This document shows, one piece after another, positions 12,724-24,324 of a stretch of 64,000 nt of DNA. Under the pieces are notes generated by a model, which was not told the DNA's origin, made no database searches, and saw only the letters and a list, made by a program, of their open reading frames with translations. Made by a program: the position numbers and the translations under genes. The stretch lies in contig NC_043019.1 in NCBI RefSeq assembly GCF_006345805.1, positions 26,783,360 to 26,847,359 on the forward strand, written 5' to 3'. This stretch comes from Octopus sinensis (taxonomy: Eukaryota). How positions within the stretch are numbered: the stretch's first letter is position 1; every line of letters begins with the position of its first letter.

Positions 12724-15420
12724 AGTCGTGAGGTGTGATAATGTCCTACTTTGGCTGTAAAAACCCCCCAAAAAATCACTTCACGAAACACAGCAACACC
12801 ACCTTCACCCACACATTGGTCATCATCACCATCATCATCATCACCATCGTCATCATCATCATCATCATTGTCATCAGCATCATTACCACCACTGCCACCA
12901 CCACTACCACCACCATTATCACCACCCCCATCATCATCATTATCCTCATCCCAACCCATCGTCATCATCATCATCATCATCATCAACAACAACAACTCGC
13001 TTCTCTTTCTCTTTTGTTTGCTTTGGTTGCAGGACTGTGGCCATGCTGGAGCACTGCCTCGAAGGGTTTTAGTCAATCAAATTGCCTTCTCCCCGCCACC
13101 ACACTGCTCATTTCCTTGTTAAGCCTGGTACTTACTCTTTTGGTCTCGTTTTTGCCAAACGACTAAGTTAGGGGATATAAATAAACCAATGCTGGTTGCT
13201 AAATGGTGGGGTGGGGGCACACAACAAAACTATAAACACACACACACACACACAAAAACACACATACAAACACGCATGCGCATACAAATCCACACACACA
13301 CAAACACACAAACACACGTACAAACACACACACATGTACAAACACACATGTACAAACACACACACACGTACAAAAACATGCATACAAACATACAAACACA
13401 CATACAAACACACACATACAAACACACATACAAACACACACACAAGCACACATACAAACACACATACAAACACACACACAAACACAAACACACACAAACA
13501 CACTACACACACACACATGCACACACACACACATCATCAAAATCTCAGAACATGAAATGAAGTGTTTTGCTCAAGAACACAATGCGTTGCCCAGTCCAGG
13601 AATCGAAACCACAATGTTACAATTATGAGTCCAACACCCTACCCACTAAGCCACATGCCTCCACCAACTGTTAGGGTCCTAGCTGGTAGTTAATTAGCAT
13701 GTGATGGAAGAAACTCTAGGCACAAACCTTCATTGCCTTGTGAGCACCTTGCAAAAGGAAGAGGATAAGAAATCAACCATGACTGCAAATCAAAGAATGT
13801 GATCTGAAGCCCTCTTTGACAGCCGTCTAGCAACTCAACTCCAGGGAAGGTGGACTCCTCCAGTCTTGTAAGGCAGTTCACCTTGGAGAAGGTCATTCCA
13901 ATGTAAAACCTACAACTTGCAGATGCCTTAGACTGCTGAGCCATTATGGTCAGAGCTCCAAGTCTGTAGACTGGAATCGGATTGCAGGATTGACTCTCAC
14001 TTTGAAACAACTAAGTACAGGCAGGAAGAAAAGACCCCGTCACATTAGGGATTGGTTTGCTTCACCATTTGAAGGCACCTCACTGTTCTTCATTGCAGAT
14101 GTCTCAGTTCACTGAGCCATTATGGTCAGACCTCCAAGTCTAAAGCCTGGAATTGGATTGCACAAGACTGACTCTTTCTTTAAAACTACTAAACATGGCA
14201 GGAAGAAAAGTAGTGTAGCCTCAAAGATTGGTTTGAATAACCAGTTGAGGACATGTTGCACTTCCTTATGGCTTTCAGATATGAAGAATTGCCATCAGTC
14301 GTTGTCAATCAATAATTAAGGCAGAGGGACATGAATGTCTTCAGATTTACATGGGGATATGAGATCCCCGAGTAAATCTTCATCATTGTCATCATCATCA
14401 TCGTTTAACGTCTGCTTTCCATGCTAGCATGGGTTGGACGAATGACTGAGGGCTGGCGAACCAGATGGCTGCACCAGGCTTCAATCTTGATCTGGCAGAG
14501 TTTCTACAGCTGGATGCCCTTCCTAACACCAACCACTCCGAGAGTGTAGTGGGTGCTTTTACGTGCTGCCGGCACAGGGCCGGTCAGGCAGTACTGGCAA
14601 CGACCTCGCTCGAATCTTTTACACATGCCACCGGCACAGGTTCCAGTAAGGCGATGCTGATAACGATTATGCTCGAATGGTGTCTTTTACATACCACCAG
14701 CACGGAGGCCAGATAGCCGCTCTGGCAACAATCACGCTCGGATGGTGCTCTTATACCCTACTAGCACGGGGCTCGAGTGCCAGTAAGGCGACGCTGGTAA
14801 TGATCACGCTCGGTAAAGTTGAACTAGTTGTTACTTTTGTTATTAGTATTGCTGATGAGGTCAAGTGTGACTGAGGAGACGTCAAGTTAAAGGCAGTCCA
14901 TCTGTGGCCATCCCATCTGTAATGGCAAGTTGGCATGTGCGTCTTCTTTGTCTTTAAGACAGTGTGCAGTTTGAGGTAATTTGGTTTCTGTTTCTGGCAT
15001 GTTAGGCAACCATGTAAAGCACCCCACCTCGCCACATCCAAATATTTGTTGGTTTGTGAGGTTGTTTGTGCATCTTAGAGATCAATAGATTAATAAATGG
15101 ATCAATAGTCCTTCGTTTGAGAAACGGGGAGATAAGATGGATTTGTGTGTGGAGTCTATTGGATTTGGTTTCCAGCTTCCATATTGGTGTGGGCTGTTGA
15201 GATGAGGCAGGGAGATGGTCAGTGATTTATAGAATGAGAGAGAGAGAGAGAGAGTGGGGAGGGGTAGATGTAGAGGAAGAAAATATATAAAAGAAAAGGA
15301 AACAGGACAAGAAAAGAAAGGGAGAGAAATTGAGTGTTTGGTATTGAAAAGGTAAAATAACGTGTGTGTGTATATTTATATATTTATATATATAAATATA
15401 TTTGTATATACATACATACA

Positions 15421-15475
<55 letters not shown>

Positions 15476-16139
15476 GTATACATATATATACACACATATA
15501 TATATATATCTGTGTCTGGTATGTATATATGCATATATATATTTATGTATGTATAAATACATATATATACACATATATATACACACACATATATATATAT
15601 ATATACATATATGTATGTATGTGTGTGTATGTGTGTGTATATATATATATGTATATATATATATATGCATGTGTGTGTGTGTGTATACACACACACATAT
15701 ACAGAGAGAGGGGGAGGAGGAGAGAGGGGAGGGATAGAGAGGAAGGGGACAGAAAGGGGTGGAGAGAGAGAGAGAGAGACTGAGAAGAGAAGAGAAGAGA
15801 AGAGAATGTGTGGGATAATAATGATGGGGAAAATAGAGGTAAAGAGTAGGGGCGAAAGAAAGAGAAGTGTAGGGTGGGGTAGGAGGCGGAGGAGGAGGAG
15901 AAGAAGGAGAGGAAGAAGAAGAAGAAGAAGAAGAAGAAGAAGAAGAAGAAAGTGATTGATTCAGTTTAGTTTCTGAAGACAGGATTAAGTGTGGTATTGT
16001 TTTAGTTTAGTTGGCTGCTTGTTGTTGTTGTTGCTGTTGCTGTTGTTAGAGACATCTGTTGCCAGTGGACTGGTTCACTGGCAACAGCAGTAACAAGCAC
16101 AACAACAATGGCAACAGTAAAGATGACAATGGCAGCGGC

Positions 16140-16162
16140 AGCGGTGGTGGTGGTGGTATTGG

Positions 16163-16231
<69 letters not shown>

Positions 16232-16980
16232 CGATGATGATAGTGGTGGTGGAGGTGGTGGTATTGATGATGATGATGATGATGATGATAGTGGTGGATG
16301 TGGTGGTGATGGTGATGATGATGAGGATGATGATGTTGATGACGATGATGATAGTGGTGGTGGAGGTGGTGGTATTGGTGATGATGATGATGATGATGAT
16401 GATGTTGATGACGATGATGATAGTGGTGGTGGATGTGGTGGTGATGGTGATGATGATGATGATGATGATGTTGATGACGATGATGATAGTGGTGGTGGAG
16501 GTGGTGGTATTGATGATGATGATGATGATTATGTTGATGACGATGATGATAGTGGTGGTGGAGGTGGTGGTGGTTGTGATGGTGATGATGATTATGTTGA
16601 TGACAATGATGATAGTGGTGGTGGAGGTGGTGGTGGTTGTGATGGTGATGATGAGGATGATGCTGATGATGATGGTGATGATAATGATTATGTTGATAAT
16701 GATGATGATGGTTAGGAGGAGGATGGTGATGGTGATGATGATGATGATGATGATGACGACGGTGGTGATAGTGATGATGATGGTGATAATGATGATGATG
16801 ATTAGGAGGAAGATGGCGATGGTGATGATGATGAGGATTGGCCTAGGGCTAAATACAACAACAACAACAACAACAATAGCAATGACTAGTCTTTCAGATA
16901 CTAATATTAATTTTGATGATGACAATGACGATGAAGATGACAATAAGGATGATGATGATGATGATGTCAATGATGATGAT

Positions 16981-17037
<57 letters not shown>

Positions 17038-17283
17038 TTGACGATGAAGATGACGACGACGATGACAATGACGAAGATGATGATGATGATGACAATGATA
17101 ATGATGATGATGATGATGACGATGATGATGATGATGATGGCAATGATAAAGATGATGATGATGATGATGATGAAGATGACGATGATGATAATGATGAAGA
17201 TGATGATAATGATGATGATGATGATGATGAAGATGATGACAACGACGACAATGATGAAGATGATGATGATGATGACAATGATA

Positions 17284-17320
<37 letters not shown>

Positions 17321-17328
17321 CAATGATA

Positions 17329-17363
<35 letters not shown>

Positions 17364-17720
17364 GATGACGACGACGATGACAATGATGAAGATGATGATG
17401 ATGATGATGATGATGAAGATGATGACAACGATGACAATGATGAAGATGATGATGATGAAGATGATGACAACGACGACAATGATGATGATGATGATGATGA
17501 TGACACTGATGAAGATGATGATGATGATGATGATGATGAAGATGATGACAACGACGACAATGATGAAGATGATGATGACGATGACACTGATGAAGATGAT
17601 GATGATGATGATGATGATGAAGATGATGACAACGACGACAATGATGAAGATGATGATGACGATGATGAAGTTGACGATGATGAAGTTGACGATGATGACG
17701 ACTTTGATGATGATGATGAC
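16140..17720. repeat. Compound (GAT/GGT/GAC)n microsatellite with higher-order units
   Basis: Directly visible. Confidence 0.95.
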
Positions 17721-18007
17721 AAAAACAACACGAACAACAATTGATGCTGGTTGTAGCATCGGTGGTGGGGGTGGGTATAGTGGTAGGACTGGCAGCAGTG
17801 GCCATGGTGTGTGTGTGTGTGCTGGTGGTGGTAGCTGATGGTGGTGATGATGTGCATGGTAGTGATGGCAGTGGTATGGTGGTTAGTAGTGATGGTGTGT
17901 GTGTTTGTGTGGTCATGTTCGTGTTAGTGGTGGTAGTTGGTAGTAGTGCAGGTGACAGCACAAAGTGATGGTATTAAGAGTTCTACAGTGATGACAACTT
18001 TATCCTT

Positions 18008-18462
18008 GACACCACCACCACCACCATCACCATCACAAACACTACTACGACCAATACCACCACCACCACCACCACCACCACCACTAACACTACTACTTCC
18101 ACCATCACTACAACGACCTCCACCACTACCACCACCACAACCACCACTATCCTCACCACCGCCGCCACCACCACCACCACCACCACTATCACCACCACCA
18201 ACAACTACAACGGTATCCTGATATGTTCCCCAAATTGTCTGGCACTGTTGATGAGAATTTCATTGACAACAGAATTGTTAAAAAGCTTGCTTTTACCATA
18301 TTTCCAGCTTGCCATCTTTTCCCATTGTCATCCTCCTCCTCCTCCTCCTCCTCATCATCATCATCATCATCAACACCATCATCAACAACGTCCTCATCAT
18401 CCTCCTCCTCCTCCTCCTCCTCCTCATCATCATCATCAACACCATCATCATCAACAACATCC

Positions 18463-18496
<34 letters not shown>

Positions 18497-18530
18497 ATCC
18501 TCCTCCTCATCATCATCATCATCATCATCC

Positions 18531-18581
<51 letters not shown>

Positions 18582-18663
18582 ACAACAACCTCCTTCTCCT
18601 CCTCCTCCTCCTCCTCCTCATCATCATCATCATCATCAACAACATCCTCATCATCATCATCCG

Positions 18664-18697
<34 letters not shown>

Positions 18698-18790
18698 GTC
18701 ATCGTCGTTGTCATTGTTGCTGCTGTTGTCAATGGCAGCAGCAGCATCTCTGTCATCACCATCACCATCACCATCGTCCTCAGCATCATC
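18008..18790. repeat. Compound (CAC/CAT/CCT)n microsatellite
   Basis: Directly visible. Confidence 0.95.
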
Positions 18791-18954
18791 ATCCCTGTCT
18801 TTGCTTCAAACAATCAGTTGTTCCAATACTCCAAAGCTGGAATCAATAGTGCAAAATTTACCATTTTCTCGATGGAATAAAGTGAGGTATTATAATTGTT
18901 CCATAGAAATGCCAGCTGGAATTACAGCTTGCTTAGCCTGGCTTACCATGTCTG

Positions 18955-19010
18955 TTATATATATACATATATATAATATTATATATATATTATATATATA
19001 TATATACATA

Positions 19011-19044
<34 letters not shown>

Positions 19045-19059
19045 ATATATATATATATA

Positions 19060-19103
<44 letters not shown>

Positions 19104-19199
19104 CATATATATATATACTATTATATATAATATATGTATGTATATATATATATATATACAGAGAGAGAGAGAGACAGAGAGAGAAGAGAACTATGCATG

Positions 19200-19230
<31 letters not shown>

Positions 19231-19680
19231 GGTATATTTATACACACATTTACATACACACATACATATAACATATACAATATTATATTATATATATATA
19301 TATAATAATATATACATATGTATGCATATGATGTATATATATATATGTGTGTATATATGTATATATATGTGTATATATATATATATATATATAATTTACA
19401 TATATACACATATATCAGAATAAAGAATATACATATATATATATATACACACACATATATATACATATATGTATACATATATGCCATATGTATACATATA
19501 TATATATGTATGTATATATATATATATATATATATTAAGAGAAAGGAGAGAGAGAGAGAGAGAGAAGTGGAATGATATGTTAATGTGTGTATGCATATTG
19601 TGCATATATGTGTGTGCATGTGTGTATGTGTGTAATTGCATGCATGGAAGCATGTGTGTGTGTGTGTGTGTGTGCATATG
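18955..19680. repeat. (TA/TG/GA)n low-complexity block
   Basis: Directly visible; similar blocks at 15362-15951 and 34330-34720. Confidence 0.9.
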
Positions 19681-20440
19681 AACCTCGATAATATTGATCA
19701 GTTATCTTTAATACATTAAAATTATTTCTGAAAATTGTTAAGAGCCAAAGGCTTTGATTTTGTTTTGTATTTATTGTTCATTGAATATTCACAGCACCAA
19801 TAATTCCTGTTCTATAATAAATGGAATTCACCATTCCACAGAACTATGTAGAATATTCAATATGTCTCTATTCTTTAATTTCTCTCTGTTTTTTTTTTTT
19901 CTTTTTTCCGTTCATTCTACTGATGATTGTTTTGTCCCACATGAAACCTATTAGGTCTGGCAATATTTCAACAGTTACGGTGGCAAACTGGCAGAATCGT
20001 TAGTATGCTGGGTGAAATGCTTAGCGGTATTTTCTTTGCCATTACATTCTGAGTTCAAATTGCGCCGAGGTCGACTTTGCCATTCATCCTTTCGGGGTCG
20101 ATTAAATAAATACCAGTTATGCACTGGGGTTGATGTAATCAATTTAATGCATTTCCTGTCCTCTGTATGTCTAGGCCCCTGTGGGCAATAAAGAAATATT
20201 TCAACAGTTATATGTATACCACCATAAAATATGGCAGTTACAAATTTAGTCGATAGGGCAAGAGCTCTGCATATTTTTTTAGAAAGAATCCATTATTTAT
20301 TTCCACAAACTATATTTAGTTGTGTATAAGTTGCACCCTTAATGCAACATTAAATCCTGGTACAAAATTTTGTCCCTTCATATTGAAACTTAATCTCAGC
20401 TTCTTCCCCATCTGCATGTCAAACACCGGTTTTTTTATCT

Positions 20441-20623
20441 AGGCGCTGGAGTGGCTGTGTGGTAAGTAGCTTGCTTACCAACCACATAGTTCTGGATTCA
20501 GTCCCACTGCGTGGCACCCTGTGCAAAAGTGTCTTCTACTATAGCCTTGGGCCAACCAAAGCCTTGTGAGTGGATTTGGTAGATGGAAACTGAAAAAAGC
20601 CCGTCGTACATATATATATGTGG

Positions 20624-20655
<32 letters not shown>

Positions 20656-20859
20656 TTGTGTGACTGTGTTTGTCCCCCCAATATCACCTGACAACCGATT
20701 CCGGTGTGTCTACGCCCCTGTCACTTAGCGGTTCAGCAAGAGAGATCAATAGAAATAGGCTTACAAAGAATAAGTCCTGGGGTCGATTTGCTCAACTAAA
20801 GGCGGTGCTCCAGCATGGCCACAGTCAAATGGCTGAAACAAATAAAAGAATAAAAGAAT
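20441..20859 (+). mobile_element. SINE family A
   Basis: Full copy abutting the hammerhead palindrome; another copy at 21191-21597 on the other side. Confidence 0.8.
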
Positions 20860-20860
20860 G

Positions 20861-21155
20861 AAATTATTTACATTCGACGGATATTTGTCCTCATCTTGTT
20901 TGTTGTTAACACAATGTTTCAGCTGATATACCCCCCAAGCCATCATCAGGTGTCTTGGGGAAATTTCGAACCTAAGGTATTTTTCGATTTTATTATTATT
21001 AGGAATGAGAACACAGGTTCGAAATTTCCCCAAGATACCTGATGAAAGCTGGAGGGTATAACGGTCAAAATGTTGTGTTAACAACAAACAAAATGAGGAC
21101 AAATATCCGTGAAATGTAAATAATGTATATAATTCCTCATCTCTTAAATACTGAA
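20861..21155. mobile_element. Head-to-head inverted pair of the hammerhead SINE tail
   Basis: About 20870-20973 is the reverse complement of about 21016-21120; degraded hammerheads at 20908-20954 (-) and 21034-21079 (+). Confidence 0.75.
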
Positions 21156-21666
21156 CCAGTTATTTTTTTGGTGAAAATCAAATATAAAACAGCGTGACTG
21201 TGGCTGTGTGGTAAGTAGCTTGCTAACAAACCACATGGTTCCAGGATCAGTCCCACTGCCTGGCACCTTGGGCAAGTGTCTTCTGCTATAGCCCCGGGCC
21301 GACCAATGCCTTGTGAGTGGATTTGGTAGACGGAAACTGAAAGAAGCCCGTCGTATGTGTGTATATATATATATATATATTGTGTGTCTGTGTTTGTCCC
21401 CCTAGCATTGCTTGACAACCGATGCTGGTGTATTTACGTCCCCGTAACTTAGAGGTTCGGCAAAAGAGACCGATAGAATAAGTACTGGGCTTACAAAGAA
21501 TAAGTCCCAGGGTCGATTTGCTCGACTAAAGGCGGTGCTCCAGCATGGCCACAGTCAAATGACTGAAACAAGTAAAAGAGAGTAAAAAAGAGTAAAGTGA
21601 AATATGGTAATTTAGCACATAATTCTGTTTCTACATGTTCTTTTATAAATTCTTGTCCAATTTCAG

Positions 21667-21747
21667 GCCCTTTTTGCCAACAGACCAGCCCTTTCATCAT
21701 TCCCACCTAAAGAATGGGTCAGCAAATTAAACAAGACGTTAATGTCG
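21667..21747 (+). CDS. ABAT: ABAT coding exon 4
   Basis: tttcag and TCG|gtaag; 81 nt; ALFANRPALSSFPPKEWVSKLNKTLMS. Confidence 0.95.
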
Positions 21748-21849
21748 GTAAGTAACTCATACCAAATCAGCATCATCATCATCATCAGATTATGCATTAA
21801 ATGTTAAATGGAATTTAAAAAACAGCTGGATATCTCAGTTTAGTATAGC

Positions 21850-22200
21850 AGTTTAGTGAATCTGTAATCTGGTGGACAACCAACAGAAAGTTTAGTAAAT
21901 GACAACCATTTCTGACTCTTTCCAAAGTTCCTGGCAAGGAGTCACACAAGTCCTTCCAGCTGCAACCCTCTCCATCCAGCCAGTGTTTGGCCACAGTCTC
22001 CAGCAGCATTGCATAGCTGTCCGAATTGAGCTTAAGGCCCTGTGCAGCAATGTGTGTGTGGGGGGTGGGGGAATTTCAGCATGCAGATGTGGTCAGAATG
22101 CCCACTGTGTCCCTTCCTGCTGATCATGGCTTCATAGTCTCCATTGCAGCTGTTCATGTAACAGGATCTGGAATCGGTATCACTGAAGGGGTGTCCGATC
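21850..22200 (-). mobile_element. Tc1/mariner transposase remnant
   Basis: Frameshifted GLKLNSDSYAMLLETVAKHWL..ERVAAGR..GKSQKWL resembles the catalytic region. Confidence 0.55.
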
Positions 22201-22488
22201 CGATCCCATCACATTCAATTTAGTTAGATATAACAGACAAAGTCAGGTTATCTGGGAAAGACAGCAAATTGTTGTTTATTACTCATGATGGTGTGCGTAT
22301 TTTCTGAGGGGAAACGACAGCCAAATCTGTTATACAGCTTCTTGTTGGTTGGTTGAAGTGATTCGATGTCGTCCGCGGCTAAGTCGGTGTAGAGTTCTCA
22401 GAGACTACCAAATGCACGTCTGTTCACGAGGGCTGAAAGCGCCAGAGAGAGTGAATGAGTGGACTGTGGTTTTAGGGGTCAGTTTCCC

Positions 22489-22551
22489 GCACATGCGCAT
22501 GGGAAAGACTTCCGGTGGCCACCCGGAAGTAGTCCCATTCTGCGCATGCGC
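22489..22551. promoter_or_regulatory. Inverted-repeat cluster of NRF1-like and ETS-like motifs; candidate intronic promoter or enhancer
   Basis: GCACATGCGCA..ACTTCCGG-tggccac-CCGGAAGT..TGCGCATGCGC in a locally CpG-rich stretch. Confidence 0.35.
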
Positions 22552-22688
22552 GCTGAACCTTACACAGCAGCATCACTACAATGTCATATCTTACAGCTTT
22601 GGGGTTGACAGAAGGGACAGTAGCAGAGTTAGTGGACATAGTGGTTTCATGTGACTGGGATTAGGTTTGTATTTGGTGTGTATGTGTA

Positions 22689-23766
22689 CAAGATGCTTGG
22701 GTTAAATTTAACTATTTTCTGTATGTCCCTTTTTTTTTTTTTGTCAGGAATGGCTTGATGTACTGGTAAAGAGTCAACGATGCTGGAGAGCATGAAGATT
22801 AAGATTAACCCTTTGGCATGTAAACCAGCCATATCTGGCCAAAATGTTCTATCTATTACCTCTTACAGCTACACGATTCAACAGCAGACATGATGTCAGC
22901 ATTTTGACACCCTGCATGAATCACCACCATACAGATAACACTTTTCCAATATTCAGATGGCTTCCAGTCCTCCATGTCAGCTAACATTTTCTCAACTGTA
23001 ACTTTAACCCTTTGTCAAATGTGATGTCTATTCATTGACATTGTTTTAAATTAGTCAGTGGAGGCGCAATGGCCCAGTGGTTAGGGCGGCATTTTAAATT
23101 AGTCAGTGGAGGCGCAATGGCCCAGTGGTTAGGGCGGCGGACTCGCGGTCATAGGATCGCTGTTTCGATTCCCAGACCGGGCGTTGTGAGTGTTTATTGA
23201 GCGAAAACACCTAAAATAGCTCCACGAGGCTCCGGCAGGGGATGGTGGTGATCCCTGCTGTACTCTTTCACCACAACTTTCTCTCACTCTTACTTCCTGT
23301 TTCTGTTTTACCTGTATTTCAAGGGGCCGGCCTTGTCACTCTCTGTGTCATGCTGAATATCCCCGAGAACTACGTTAAGGGTGCACGTGTCTGTGGAGTT
23401 CTCAGCCACTTACACGTTAATTTTACGAGCAGGCTGTTCCATTGATTCGGATCAACTGGAACCCTCATCGTCATTACCGACGGAGTGCTTCCATCCATCC
23501 ATTTAAATTAGTCATGAATTATCTCATAATTTCAAAATTCCAATCATTTGATTGTTTATTTTTAGAATGACAATATAAGGCAGCCGTGAGAGGTCAGATA
23601 TGGCTGGTTTGAACACAAAACAGGTAGAATATTTCGACCAGATATGGCAGGTTTAAATGCCAAAGAGTTAATCTCCGACACCGTTGATTGTTCACTAGTA
23701 CATCAAACCATCCCTGAAAAGTACGGGACTTACAAAAAAATTGTTAAATTTAACCCGAACATCCTG
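22689..23766. mobile_element. Mariner-type MITE with nested insertions
   Basis: TA|CA(A/G)GATG..CATCCTG|TA; inverted repeats of about 100 bp at 22689-22790 and 23672-23766. Confidence 0.6.
23058..23501 (+). mobile_element. SINE family C with duplicated 5' end
   Basis: TTTAAATTAGTCA occurs three times (ending at 23057, 23105 and 23514); (CCAT)n tail. Confidence 0.9.
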
Positions 23767-24173
23767 TACACATATCGTCACTTAGCGGTTTGGCAAAAGA
23801 GACCGATAGAATAAGTACTGGGCTTACAAAGAATAAGTCCCAGGGTCGATTTGCTCGACTAAAGGCGGTGCTCCAGCATGGCCACAGTCAAATGACTGAA
23901 ACAAGTAAAAGAGTAAAAGAGTATATCCACCAAATACCAGCTTATCCCCAGCCACATCAAACTATTATGTCCACTAGCTCTGGTACTGTCCCTTCTGTTA
24001 ACCCCAAATAATACGCTCCCCTCCACTTAGCCCCTATCCTCATCAAGTTCATCCATCTCTCTTCTCTCTACAAACATTTACCCCAGTCTTTACCTGCAAC
24101 TCTTTACCCTATCCCTAATTGCCAAGAAAGATAACTCTACTTTTACTTTCACTTTTGTTTTTTGTATTTATAG

Positions 24174-24266
24174 ATGGCGCCACCTAATTTAACTCATGTT
24201 CAGACAATGGCGTGTGGAGCATGCTCTGTGGAAAACTGCTTAAAATCCATGTTTATGGTGTACCAG
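24174..24266 (+). CDS. ABAT: ABAT coding exon 5
   Basis: tatag and CAG|gtac; 93 nt; MAPPNLTHVQTMACGACSVENCLKSMFMVYQ, with the CGxC motif that ligates the [2Fe-2S] cluster in pig GABA-AT. Confidence 0.97.
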
Positions 24267-24324
24267 GTACTTGTTTACGCTTTCACTGCTGGAAGCTTTG
24301 TTTCAGATTCTTTTGATGATTTGC

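Noticed and set aside
16002-18880. PolyM/D/I/H/S ORFs, and similar ORFs over other microsatellites
   Set aside because: Triplet and dinucleotide repeat artefacts.
19917-19955. CUGAUGA..GAAAC on +
   Set aside because: Stems II and III do not form convincingly; compatible with chance.
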